Source: an uncultured archaeon (GTDB lineage Archaea > Asgardarchaeota > Lokiarchaeia > Sigyniarchaeales > SOKP01). From it: DNA of 64,000 nucleotides. Below, in pieces: positions 19,518 to 30,400 of the stretch (positions within the stretch are counted from its first letter, which is position 1; each line of letters opens with the position of its first letter). Position numbers and translations under genes: made by a program. Under the pieces are notes generated by a model. The model saw only the letters and a program-made list of their open reading frames with translations, was not told where the DNA came from and searched no databases. The stretch covers positions 32,001 through 96,000 of the forward strand of contig CAZWEM010000009.1 in NCBI GenBank assembly GCA_964632315.1, in the 5' to 3' direction.

Positions 19518-22247
19518 ATGACTGAATCTGGAGAAATCGCAGATCAAAAAAAGGCTAAGAAAAAGATTTCAACTGAATTGTTTAGAGATGTAATTAATTC
19601 TGTGAATTATTGTTATAGTTGTAATCGATGTAACACTTCTTGTCCTGTTTCATTTTTAGGTACATTTTTTCCAAGAAATCTAATAACTGATATAAGTTTC
19701 TCATCAGTTGAAGAAGCACTAGAGAAAAATAATATTTGGAATTGCTTGACTTGTGGACAATGTGTTGAGTATTGTCCAATGTCAAAAGAAGGAACAGGTG
19801 TAAATTTTCTTGATCTCATTTTAAACCTTAGAAGTCTCGTTTCTACTTATGAACCCTTGCAACAAGAAATGAAAAGTTGTCAGCATGATAGAGAATATAC
19901 CAATATTGCCCAAATGATGGCGAATGATGAAATTGAAGTTAATGATAGGCTTGGATTTCTTAGTAGCACTAATCTAAAAATAACAGAAAAAGGTGAGATT
20001 GGATACTTCATGGGTTGTACTCCTTATATGACCTCTATTCCTCCTTGTACAGATGCCTGTCCAGCCGGAGTTGATGTTCAGGGATATGTTGCTTTGATAA
20101 AGGAAGGTAAATTTCAAGAAGCTTTAGATTTGATAAGAGAACGAAATCCTTTACCAATCGTATGTGGTAGAGTATGTACCCATCCCTGTGAAGAAAATTG
20201 TAATCGGGAAGAGATCGACAATCCTATTGCAATACGTGCCCTTAAAAGATTCGTCTCAGATTGGGAAATCCAAAATAAAGGACATTCAAGATTTAAATCT
20301 GTTGATCAGAAAAAGGAGAAGGTTGCTATTATTGGTGCAGGACCTGCAGGTTTGTCAGCAGCATTTTATCTGGCATTAAAAGGCTATAGACCAACAATAT
20401 TTGAAGAATCGGCTTTTAAAGGAGGTAAATTAAGAAGTGGGATTCCTGAATATCGCTTACCTCAAGAAGTTTTGGATTATGAAATTGAGTTTATTGAAAA
20501 AATGGGAGTGGAAATAAGGACTAATACACCAATTGGTCCGAACCTGACTTTTAGTGATCTTAAAAAACAAGGTTATAAAGCGATTTTTATAGGAGTTGGA
20601 TTAGGTGAAAGTCGTGGTATGGGAATAGAAGGAGAAGATTTAGATGATGTTATTCATGGTTTACAATTTTTAGAAGATGTAAATATTAATAACAAATCTT
20701 ACGATTTTAAAGGCAAGGTTATCGGCGTTGTAGGTGGAGGAAATGTAGCCATTGACTCCGCCCGCACTGCTTTAAGATTAGGTGCTAAAAAAGTAATGGT
20801 AATTTACAGGAGATCTGAAAATGAAATGCCTGCTTTAAACGAGGAAGTTGAAGATGCTAAACGTGAAGGCATTGAATTCCAATTTTTAACTAATCCAATT
20901 CATTTGATTAGTGGAGAATCGGGTAGTTGTGAGGAAGCAGAATGCATTCAAATGGAATTAGGTGAACCTGACGCTTCGGGGAGAAGAAGACCTGTTGAAA
21001 TCGAAGGTTCTCAATTCAAAATTAAAATAGATGCAATTATCCTCGCAATCGGTCAAATTGCCAATTTTAAACTTATCAAAGCTGCAGAAGATGAATTAGA
21101 GATTGATAAGCGGGGGCATATAAAATATGATAAACAAACTTTAGAAACTAATATTCCAGGAGTCTTTGCTGGAGGAGATATATTGGCGCAAAAAGGAATT
21201 GCTATCAATGCCATCGCTAATGGATATGAAGTAGCAATATCAATTGATCGATACTTAAGAGGTCAAGATCTAAGAAAAGATAGAGTTAATAGAGCTGATT
21301 TTAAAATATCCCCAATTCCGAAAAAGAGAATTAATGAAAAAGCGAGAAATAACATGCAAGAATTAAGCATTGAAAAAAGAGTCAGCTCTTTTGATGAGGT
21401 AGAGCAAGGATTAACTGAAGCAATTGCAATCACAGAAGCAAATCGCTGTTTAAACTGTGCAAGTTGCAACAATATCGATCAGCGTATTAACGATCCCACA
21501 GGAAAAGTAAACTACGGTAAAAATCCCACTGTCCCTCTTTATAAAACTCTTGATTATTTAGAAATTCCAAAAACCGTTATTGGACTACTCAACCATAAAG
21601 AAATAACTCCAGTAGTTTTAAGAGAAGAGAAATGTTGTGGACATGACAGTTTGTGGAAAGGAGATGTAGAAACTTTCGAGAAGTTAGCAAAACATAATGT
21701 AAGAATCTATAAAGAAGCGGGGGTTAAAACCTTAGTTTTTAGTTGCGCGGAAGGATACTATACTTGGAAATATAAATATCCAGAGCTATTTGAAGATGAT
21801 TCAGAATTTGATTTTGATATATATCATATTTCAGAATACATTTTAAAAGAAAATTTACTGGATGGTTTAAAATTTCCAGTTACAAATAAATTAAAAGTAA
21901 CTTATCATGATGCGTGCCGTTTAGGAAGATTTAGTAAAATTTACGACCAACCAAGAGAAGTAATACAGTCCATACCATTCGTTCAGCTAATCGAAATGGA
22001 GAATATCAGAGAAGATGCCTTATGTTGTGGAGTAAATGCCTATATAAGTTGTAATGAATATTCGAAAACGCTTCAAAGAGATAGGATTCTAGAAGCAATA
22101 GAAACTGGAGCTGACTACTTAATAGTGAGTTGCCCAAAATGTTTAACTCACTTTAATTGTTACCTAGATGAGCACCCTGAATTAAAAGAAAAAATTAAAG
22201 TTATTGATCTTACTACTTTTCTAGGAAAATTACTCTTTCTTAATTAA
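19518..22247 (+). CDS. HdrD/GlpC-like (4Fe-4S + CCG domains) protein with an inserted GltD/NfnB-like FAD/NAD(P) oxidoreductase module
   Basis: CYSCNRCNTSCP and CLTCGQCVEYCP; YFMGC; PPCTDACP...CGRVCTHPCE, GAGPAG, GGGNVAID; then CCGHD, TYHDACRLGR, CCG, SCPKC. Confidence 0.88.
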   Translation: MTESGEIADQKKAKKKISTELFRDVINSVNYCYSCNRCNTSCPVSFLGTFFPRNLITDISFSSVEEALEKNNIWNCLTCGQCVEYCPMSKEGTGVNFLDLILNLRSLVSTYEPLQQEMKSCQHDREYTNIAQMMANDEIEVNDRLGFLSSTNLKITEKGEIGYFMGCTPYMTSIPPCTDACPAGVDVQGYVALIKEGKFQEALDLIRERNPLPIVCGRVCTHPCEENCNREEIDNPIAIRALKRFVSDWEIQNKGHSRFKSVDQKKEKVAIIGAGPAGLSAAFYLALKGYRPTIFEESAFKGGKLRSGIPEYRLPQEVLDYEIEFIEKMGVEIRTNTPIGPNLTFSDLKKQGYKAIFIGVGLGESRGMGIEGEDLDDVIHGLQFLEDVNINNKSYDFKGKVIGVVGGGNVAIDSARTALRLGAKKVMVIYRRSENEMPALNEEVEDAKREGIEFQFLTNPIHLISGESGSCEEAECIQMELGEPDASGRRRPVEIEGSQFKIKIDAIILAIGQIANFKLIKAAEDELEIDKRGHIKYDKQTLETNIPGVFAGGDILAQKGIAINAIANGYEVAISIDRYLRGQDLRKDRVNRADFKISPIPKKRINEKARNNMQELSIEKRVSSFDEVEQGLTEAIAITEANRCLNCASCNNIDQRINDPTGKVNYGKNPTVPLYKTLDYLEIPKTVIGLLNHKEITPVVLREEKCCGHDSLWKGDVETFEKLAKHNVRIYKEAGVKTLVFSCAEGYYTWKYKYPELFEDDSEFDFDIYHISEYILKENLLDGLKFPVTNKLKVTYHDACRLGRFSKIYDQPREVIQSIPFVQLIEMENIREDALCCGVNAYISCNEYSKTLQRDRILEAIETGADYLIVSCPKCLTHFNCYLDEHPELKEKIKVIDLTTFLGKLLFLN

Positions 22248-22396
22248 AGGTTTTATAAATTTCTTGATTAAAAAAATTATTTTCTTTTTACAATGCTTTA
22301 CATTTTTATAATAATCAATTTAAAAATAAGTGCTTAATTTAGATTGCTTGGATATAAACATTTTAATAACAATAATTAAAATCACGTTGTTCAAGA

Positions 22397-23281
22397 ATGG
22401 CATATAAGATATTAGAGAAAAAAGAACTTGGTAGAAGTGGCATATTAATTGAAATGGTTCTACATACTCCACTGATAGCTCGAAAAGCACGTGCTGGAAA
22501 TTTTATCTTATTAAGAATAAATGAAACTGGAGAAAGGTTCCCATTAACTATAGCAGATTATGATAGAATTAAAGGAACGATAACCATTGTGTTCCAAGTT
22601 GTGGGGAAAAGTACAAAACTTTTATCAAACCAAAACATTGGAGATGAAATCCTTGATGTGGTTGGTCCTTTAGGGAATCCAATACACATTCAGAAATATG
22701 ACTATCCCGTAGTTCTTATTGGGGGTGGTGTAGGAATCGCACCTATATATCCTCAAGCCAAAGAATTGAAAGAAGCAGGAAACACAATAATTTCGATTAT
22801 GGGCGCTAGAAATACAGATTTATTGTTCTGGCGTGACAAAATGCGAAGCGTGAGTGATCAGTTAATCATATGCACCGATGATGGAACTGAAGGCATTAAA
22901 GGAGTGGTGACTGAGCCATTAAAAGAAATTATCATACATCAGAAAATAAGTATAGTGATTGCTATCGGACCATTAATAATGATGAAATATGTGTCCCTTA
23001 CCACGGATGGGAAAGGAGATTTACCCAAGGTCAAAACTTATGCATCCTTAAACACTATCATGATTGATGGAACTGGAATGTGTGGAGGGTGTAGGTTTAC
23101 CACATTAGATGGTGATGTTTATTATGCGTGTGTAGATGGTCCAGATGTTGATGCTCATGCGGTTGATTTCGATAACTTGTTAAATCGATCAAGAAGATTC
23201 ATTGATCTTGAAAAAGAATCCTTGGAGAAATATGATCACGAATGTAAAGCAATGAATAAATTTAAGAGCGAGGTTCAATAA
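22397..23281 (+). CDS. nfnA: NfnA/SudB-like FAD, NAD and 2Fe-2S subunit of electron-bifurcating transhydrogenase
   Basis: GERFPLTIAD, VVGPLGNP, GGGVGIAP, DGTGMCGGCR, ACVDGPD. Confidence 0.92.
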   Translation: MAYKILEKKELGRSGILIEMVLHTPLIARKARAGNFILLRINETGERFPLTIADYDRIKGTITIVFQVVGKSTKLLSNQNIGDEILDVVGPLGNPIHIQKYDYPVVLIGGGVGIAPIYPQAKELKEAGNTIISIMGARNTDLLFWRDKMRSVSDQLIICTDDGTEGIKGVVTEPLKEIIIHQKISIVIAIGPLIMMKYVSLTTDGKGDLPKVKTYASLNTIMIDGTGMCGGCRFTTLDGDVYYACVDGPDVDAHAVDFDNLLNRSRRFIDLEKESLEKYDHECKAMNKFKSEVQ

Positions 23282-23282
23282 G

Positions 23283-26000
23283 ATGGAAATTCAATCCCCT
23301 TTAATTAACGTACTAAAAGAAAATGAAAACAAAATCTTAGAGAGAGGAAAATATAATAAAAGTCAGTACGATTTTTTAATTCATTCCTTAACTGAGGCAG
23401 AAAAGACGAGAATTCTAATACTCGAGAAAATCAAGGAATTAGGAAAGATTGATTATGATAAAATCCAAGCGGATTTAGGATTATCAAGTGATATATTAAA
23501 TATTAGCATCGATTATCTCAGGGAATTAGGATTATTAGCATTTCTTGGTGAACATCCTAGATTCTTCAAAGAAATAATCGAAAACTCAGACCATCCAGGA
23601 TTATTTCCAAGTACTAAATTGATAAAAGATAAAAATCTGTGTTGTGGCTGTGGATTATGCGTAGCTATCTGTCCTGTTAATGCCATAGATTATTTGGAAG
23701 GCACATTTGAAATTGATGAAGAGGTGTGTATGAATTGTGGATTGTGTTTTTCGGCTTGTCCAAGATCTTTTTTTCCAAGCCAATTAAACAAATTAAATGA
23801 TGAGGATGTTGAAATCCAATTCACAGATGAATTAAAATATTATCGTCAACTCTGTACAGCCCAAACTACGGAAGATAGGATAAGAAATGTTGCCCAAGAT
23901 GGTGGAATAGTAACAACCATGCTTAAAACTGCATTTAAAGAAGGGTATATTGATGGTACTTTTGCTGTTACCTTAGGAGATCAACCATTAAAACCCTTGC
24001 CAGTTTTTGTTGAAAATGAGGAAGAACTGCTAAAAACAGCTGGAACAAAATACACCAACGTCCCTTTACTCAAGATATTTTATGATGCTAAAGATCACAA
24101 GCGAATTGCCGTTGTAGGAACACCTTGCATAATGAAAGCTTTAAAAAAGATTTCAATGCTCCCTCTTAATAGGCCTTTCTTCGATAATATTGCCCTTAAA
24201 ATCGGTGTTTTTTGCATGGAAAGTTTTGATTATGATAAAATCGTGGAACTATTAAAAAATGAGTTTCACGTTTATCCTTCAGATATCAAGAAGATGGATA
24301 TCAATAAAGGTTCATTTATAATTTATGATCAAGAAAGTAATATTTCAAAAATTCCGATTAAAAGAATTAAAAAGTATGGAAGATTTGGATGCTTTTTCTG
24401 TGATGATTTGACTGCAGAACATGCGGATATTTCTGTAGGATCGATAGGCTCAGAACCGGGATGGTCAACTGTCATTATTCGTACCAAGAAAGGTGCAGAT
24501 TTTTGTCAGAAAGCTTTTGATATGAATTTGATTAGGAAACAAGAAATTCGAGCAGGTGATAAGAATTTTAAGAGTTTAAGTAGAATTTCCAAATCTAAAC
24601 ACAAGAGATACATCGAACAACAGAGAGTAAAAATGATTGAACAAGAACCGAGTGAAAGAATCACTAATTTTGAAGAAGTACCCCATGGATTAAGTGATGA
24701 GATGATGAAACAAGAAGCTCAGAGATGTTTACAATGCGGTTTGCCATTGTGTGTTACTGGATGTCCAGTAAACATTAGAATTCCTGAATTTATAAAACTT
24801 TTAAGGGAAGGAAAGCAAATTGAAGCACTTTACAAAATAAAATCTAGTAACCTATTACCTGCTATATGTGGGCGAGTATGTCCACAAGAAGTACAATGCG
24901 AAAACTCGTGTTTGCTTGGATCCCTTGGAGAACCAATCGCAATTGGGTATTTAGAACGATATATCGCAGATTGGGAACGTAAAAACCAATTAAAGGAATG
25001 TCCAGAATGTAAACCTCCCAACGGAATTAAAGTTGCAGTGATAGGATCCGGACCTGCTGGATTATCATGTGCAGGAGAATTAGCAATGAGAGGTTATGAC
25101 GTGACAATATTCGAAGCTTTTCATGCCGGTGGAGGAGTTTTATCATATGGAATCCCTGAATTTCGTTTACCGAAAGAGATCGTAAAAGAAGAAATTGAAA
25201 CCCTTAAGATGCTTGATGTAAAAGTAAACTATAATGCAATCATTGGGAAGACATTAACGATTGAGGATCTCAATGAAATGGGATTTAAAGCTTATTTTAT
25301 CGGTGTTGGTGCAGGTCTTCCCGCATTTTTAAATATATCCGGGTTAAATCTAAATGGAGTTTTATCAGCCAATGAATTTTTAACACGATCCAATCTTATG
25401 AAAGCATATAGATTTCCCGAATATGATACCCCTATCAAAATTGGAAAAATCGTAACAGTAATCGGTGGAGGAAATGTAGCTTTAGATTCTGCAAGAACTG
25501 CTTTAAGATTAGGTGCTGAAAAAGCTGTAATTGTATATAGAAGATCTGAAGCAGAAATGCCTGCCAGAAGAGAAGAATATCATCATGCTGTCGAGGAGGG
25601 AGTAGAATTTCAATTTTTAACTAATCCCGTGAGATTTGTTGGAGATGAAAATGGGAACGTGACGAAAATGGAAGTGGTGAAAATGAGATTAGGAGAACCG
25701 GATGATTCAGGGCGTAGACGTCCAATTGCGATTGAAAATTCAGAATACTTCATAAAGACAGACACAATAATAGTCGCAGTAGGAACAAAAGCAAATCCTG
25801 TTCTAACTAAATCGATTCCTGAATTAAATGTGAATAAGTGGGGTTACATCCAAACTAATGAAGATGGGCAGACAAATATCGAAAATATCTTCGCTGGAGG
25901 AGATATTGTCACGGGAAGTGCCACGGTAATATCAGCTATGGGTGCTGGAAAGAAAGCAGCTAAAGCAATAGATGAATATTTACAAAAAAAAATTAACTGA
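23283..26000 (+). CDS. nfnB: Fusion of ferredoxin + FrhB (F420-binding) domain with NfnB/SudA (GltD-like)
   Basis: CCGCGLCVAICP, AQDGGIVT, AGTKY, VGTPC, GVFCMESF, CFFCDD, ADISVGSIGSEPGWS (FrhB); then RCLQC, CGRVCPQEVQCE, GSGPAG, YGIPEFRLPK, GGDIVTGSATVISAMGAGK (NfnB). Confidence 0.9.
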   Translation: MEIQSPLINVLKENENKILERGKYNKSQYDFLIHSLTEAEKTRILILEKIKELGKIDYDKIQADLGLSSDILNISIDYLRELGLLAFLGEHPRFFKEIIENSDHPGLFPSTKLIKDKNLCCGCGLCVAICPVNAIDYLEGTFEIDEEVCMNCGLCFSACPRSFFPSQLNKLNDEDVEIQFTDELKYYRQLCTAQTTEDRIRNVAQDGGIVTTMLKTAFKEGYIDGTFAVTLGDQPLKPLPVFVENEEELLKTAGTKYTNVPLLKIFYDAKDHKRIAVVGTPCIMKALKKISMLPLNRPFFDNIALKIGVFCMESFDYDKIVELLKNEFHVYPSDIKKMDINKGSFIIYDQESNISKIPIKRIKKYGRFGCFFCDDLTAEHADISVGSIGSEPGWSTVIIRTKKGADFCQKAFDMNLIRKQEIRAGDKNFKSLSRISKSKHKRYIEQQRVKMIEQEPSERITNFEEVPHGLSDEMMKQEAQRCLQCGLPLCVTGCPVNIRIPEFIKLLREGKQIEALYKIKSSNLLPAICGRVCPQEVQCENSCLLGSLGEPIAIGYLERYIADWERKNQLKECPECKPPNGIKVAVIGSGPAGLSCAGELAMRGYDVTIFEAFHAGGGVLSYGIPEFRLPKEIVKEEIETLKMLDVKVNYNAIIGKTLTIEDLNEMGFKAYFIGVGAGLPAFLNISGLNLNGVLSANEFLTRSNLMKAYRFPEYDTPIKIGKIVTVIGGGNVALDSARTALRLGAEKAVIVYRRSEAEMPARREEYHHAVEEGVEFQFLTNPVRFVGDENGNVTKMEVVKMRLGEPDDSGRRRPIAIENSEYFIKTDTIIVAVGTKANPVLTKSIPELNVNKWGYIQTNEDGQTNIENIFAGGDIVTGSATVISAMGAGKKAAKAIDEYLQKKIN

Positions 26001-26114
26001 GAAAGGAATATAGAAGCATTCTTGTGAAATTTCTTTATTTTTTTAGAAAGAAGATTTATCAAAAATAAAGCCCTAACGTTACTTGTAATAGTTAATCTTA
26101 ATGAGAAGTCTCGA

Positions 26115-27236
26115 ATGAAAAAGCATAAACATACTCTTCAGGAAAAAATGGGACCATCACTCGGTACTTCGGTACGAAATTGGAGTAAGATGGTGATTTC
26201 AAATCGTTCCTTTTCTTTAAGATATTTTCCTAGAATTTTCTTTGTAGATTTTCTTAGTTCTATTGGAATTCCTTTCAGGATTTATGAAAGGTGGAGATAC
26301 GATAAATTAATCGATAAAATTGAGATTAAAAAGGCCCCAATCTTCATATTGGGCCACTGGAGAAGTGGAACTACTCATCTGCATAATTTATTATGCCAAG
26401 ATCCTCAATTTGGGTTCGTAACAATGTTAGAAGCAATGTTTCCCAATGCTTTCTTAGAAAATCCTTTATTCAAATTCTTTATGCGTGTATTTCTGCCGAA
26501 AAAGAGACCCATGGATAACATGGAGATGGGACTTGAAAAAGCTCAAGAGGAAGAGATGGCACTTTCCAACTTATTTCCATATACTTTCTATAATGGTTTT
26601 TACTTCCCAAAAAAGCTCAGGGAATTTTATTTCAAATACATAAGATTTGAAAATCTTCCTAAAAAAATACAGGAAAAGTGGATAGATATCTATAATTACC
26701 TCCTGAGAAAGACTACTTGGAACATGCATGGTAAACAGTTAATCTTGAAAAATCCTGCAAATACGGGAAGAATAAAATTTCTTTTGAAATTGTTCCCAGA
26801 TGCTAAATTCATACATATTTATAGGAATCCATTTGTCGTCTTTGCATCGACGAAGCGTTTTTATCAGAAAACAGTTGATGCATTTAAGTTGCAAAGAATT
26901 TCTGATGAAGAAATTGAAGGAGATATTCTCTGGATATATAAAAATATGATGAAAACTTATTTTAAAGAGAGAGAGTTGATTCCAAAAGAAAATTTAATTG
27001 AAGTAAAGTTTGAAGATTTGGAAACACAACCTCTTGTCGAGTTAGAAAAAATATATAAAAATTTGAGAATTGACGGTTTTAATAAAGCTGTTCCATTATT
27101 TTGTTCTTATTTAGATAGTCAGCATAGCTATAAGAAAAATCTTTACAAATTTTCTCGAAGAATGATTGAAAAGGTAAAATCATATTGGAGATTCACGATA
27201 GACAGATGGAAATATGATTCTCCTGAAAGCGATTAA
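26115..27236 (+). CDS. Sulfotransferase family protein
   Basis: PAPS-binding 'PIFILGHWRSGTTHLHNLL', 'LKNP', 'FIHIYRNP'. Confidence 0.9.
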   Translation: MKKHKHTLQEKMGPSLGTSVRNWSKMVISNRSFSLRYFPRIFFVDFLSSIGIPFRIYERWRYDKLIDKIEIKKAPIFILGHWRSGTTHLHNLLCQDPQFGFVTMLEAMFPNAFLENPLFKFFMRVFLPKKRPMDNMEMGLEKAQEEEMALSNLFPYTFYNGFYFPKKLREFYFKYIRFENLPKKIQEKWIDIYNYLLRKTTWNMHGKQLILKNPANTGRIKFLLKLFPDAKFIHIYRNPFVVFASTKRFYQKTVDAFKLQRISDEEIEGDILWIYKNMMKTYFKERELIPKENLIEVKFEDLETQPLVELEKIYKNLRIDGFNKAVPLFCSYLDSQHSYKKNLYKFSRRMIEKVKSYWRFTIDRWKYDSPESD

Positions 27237-27402
27237 GCTTTTTTCATTGAAAAAAAGTCAATAAAGACTAAATTTCTATTCTTCCCTACATAGGTACGTT
27301 TAATTTTTTCTATTATTTCCACTTTTGCAGCGCTTAGAGTTTAAAAAGACAAAACTTATACTTTTTACTTCATTTAGTAAAGATATAGAGAAAAATAGTC
27401 TT

Positions 27403-30400
27403 ATGGTTATAAATATTAAAGGTTATACTTGCCCTTTCTGTAGCAACGATTTAGAATCAAAATATTCTAAATGTTTCAATATATATTGCCAAGGCCAAGA
27501 ATTTAATATAGGAAATTTAATCAATTATAGATTTAACCTTGAATTAGGTATAGGGAGAATAATAGGGAAATTAGAAATTCCGACCTCTAAATCTCTTGAT
27601 GAAGAGGATACTCAGTATATTATTAAATATAAAGTCAGATTTGAGAATAATGTCACTAAGATAATCCATCCTATTGACTTAATTCATCATGTTTTTCAAT
27701 TGAATGAGCGAGTAGTCACTCGTAATGGAGTTGGAGTTATCAATTCCAATGATTTTCTACTAGAAAATGGAAAGATTTCATATGAAGTCCTTTATCCAAA
27801 TGGGAAACTCGATCAAGTCTCTGAATCTGATACTTTCTCCATTTATCAAGAACCAGTGAAGAAAATTTTAGAACAAAAGAAACTTGATCCGCCGAGACAA
27901 TTCCTAATTAAATATTGGGCGAATCTCTTTCATTCATTTTATACTTCGTATCAAATTAAATGTATAACAAACTCTAGACTTACTTTAATGCCACATCAAA
28001 TAAATGTCGCTCACCGATTATCAGAGGAATATTTTCCAAGAGTCATTTTAGCAGATGAGGTTGGGCTTGGAAAGACTATTGAAGCAGGAATATACGTAAA
28101 GGAAATGATGGCCAGGAACTTGGCAGAAAGAGTTTTAATCATTGTGCCAGCAACTTTAGTAAGACAATGGCAATTCGAAATGGAAAACAAATTCAACATG
28201 GAATTTGTAATCTATGATGGACAAAAAATAAAAGAACTCAAAAAAAATGGGAATATTTATAGTCAAGATAAATTAAGAAATCCTTTTTTTTACGATAATT
28301 GTATTATATGCTCACTTCAATTTGCCAGAAATCCGAAATATGCAGAACTTTTAGGTCAAGTTTCATGGGATATAATCATATTTGATGAGGCACATCATTT
28401 AAGGAGATATATTACAAATTTATCCACAGGAAATTATAGAGAAACTCTTAATTATAGTTTAGCGAGAAATTTAAGTGATAGTTGCCAGAGCTTATTATTA
28501 TTAACTGCCACCCCACTTCAACTTCATTCATTTGAATTATTTTCTTTAATCGAACTAATAAAGGGGGGTACTTTCGAGAATTTTTCTGACTTTGAGCATT
28601 TTAGGAAAAATCTACCGTTCATAAATTTACTTGTTTTTAACTTGAATAATATAAGTCATCTTAATAATTTTGAAGTAAAAAACACCATAAAATTATTAAA
28701 AAATTTAGGGTATATCAACAAGCGGGATTCCGATATTAAAATACTTGAGCATCTTAATTCAGATGATTACAAATTTGAACTCATTAAAAAGGTTGAAAAG
28801 GACCATACATTATCAAAATTTCTAATTCGCAATCGTAAAAAGAATGTATTCTTTGATGAATATTTGAATAAAAGAATTGTCCAAACTATAATGGTACATC
28901 CAAAAAACGAAGAACTTGAAATCTATAATGAAATTCGCCTTTATCTTGCAAAAATTTACAATACCTCCGTGAGTAAAACAAATGTAGGACTCGGATTTGT
29001 TATTACAACCTTGCAAAAATTACTTACTAGCTCTAAAATTGCATTTTTAAAGAGCATTGAGAGACGCCTAGATCAAATTGAGCGCTCGAAGAGCTTAAGT
29101 TCCCAAGTTGATGACATTTTTGATGAAGATCCCGAGTTTTTTGAATCTGAATTAGAAGATGAATATTTAGACTCAGAAATTTCTTTCAATTCAAATCGGG
29201 AAAAAGAACCATTGTTAAACTTAACCAACCAAGAACGAATCTTAAAGCATTTTTATGAGAAATTAATATCAATTCCATATGATTCCAAATTAGATGCTCT
29301 TTTAAACTTGATGGAATCAATTTATAGAGATAATCCAAAAGAAAAGATATTAGTTTTTACTCAATTCGTCGATACACTTTTTTATCTACGAGATCTATTA
29401 TCCAAACAAGGATATTCTACTTATATTTTTTATGGAGGGATGGATAAAGTAGAGAAACAGCATGCTGTGGAAAAATTTAGGGCAGACGAGGATTTTTCAA
29501 TTCTACTATCTACAGAAATAGGAGGAGAGGGTCGCAATTTTCAATTCTGTAGGATTCTTATGAATTATGATCTTCCATGGAACCCCATGAAGTTAGAACA
29601 GAGAATAGGACGTTTAGATAGAATTGGTCAGCAATCGAAAGAAATTTTCATTTATAATTTTTTCTTAGAAGGAACTATTGAAACAGATATAATATTTGCC
29701 TTAGATAAACGCATAAACCTATTCGAAGAATCAATTGGACAACTTGAACCGATCATAGGAAACATCGAAAAAGATATGAAGGATTTAATATTTGCCTCAG
29801 AGAAAGAAAAACGTAGAAAATTAAACGAATTCACGCGTAAGCTTGATATGGAAGTAAAAAGGGCTAAAGAAATTGAAGTTCAATTGGACGATTTAATGAT
29901 TGATAAGAAATCATTTCAAGTTGATGATTTAGTCACTTCTAGGGATAGTTGCGAAGAAGTGAAGCTTAGTCATAATGAACTTTATTTATTGATAAAATAT
30001 TTCTTCAACTTGGAAGAAGGAAAATATGGATTCTTTATTCCCGAAAAAGAAAATACAGTGAATAGTGAAGTCACGATTAAAATCTCGGAGGAATTGCGTA
30101 ATAATGAACGATTAAGATTGTTTGAGGAATATTCTGGCACATTTGGATTGAATCTTGCGCGTGAAATGGAAGAGATCGATTTTTTTGCCTTAGGTCATCC
30201 TCTCATTACGAATTTAATTGAATACTGTGAATCTAGGGCTTTCAATGGCTTATATACAATTTTATTTTTGAAGAAAAATGCACTTCCCTCAAGATTGGTA
30301 AATAAGATAAACCAGTCCAATACATTTTATCTCTTTATTTTTAGCATAAAGTTTCAAGGATATATCATTGAAAATCAATACAATGCCATTATTATTGATA

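Noticed and set aside
22990-23040. Imperfect hairpin and small insertion in nfnA as a hidden in-frame intron
   Set aside because: Only about 4 extra residues relative to typical NfnA, no stop codon and no BHB geometry.
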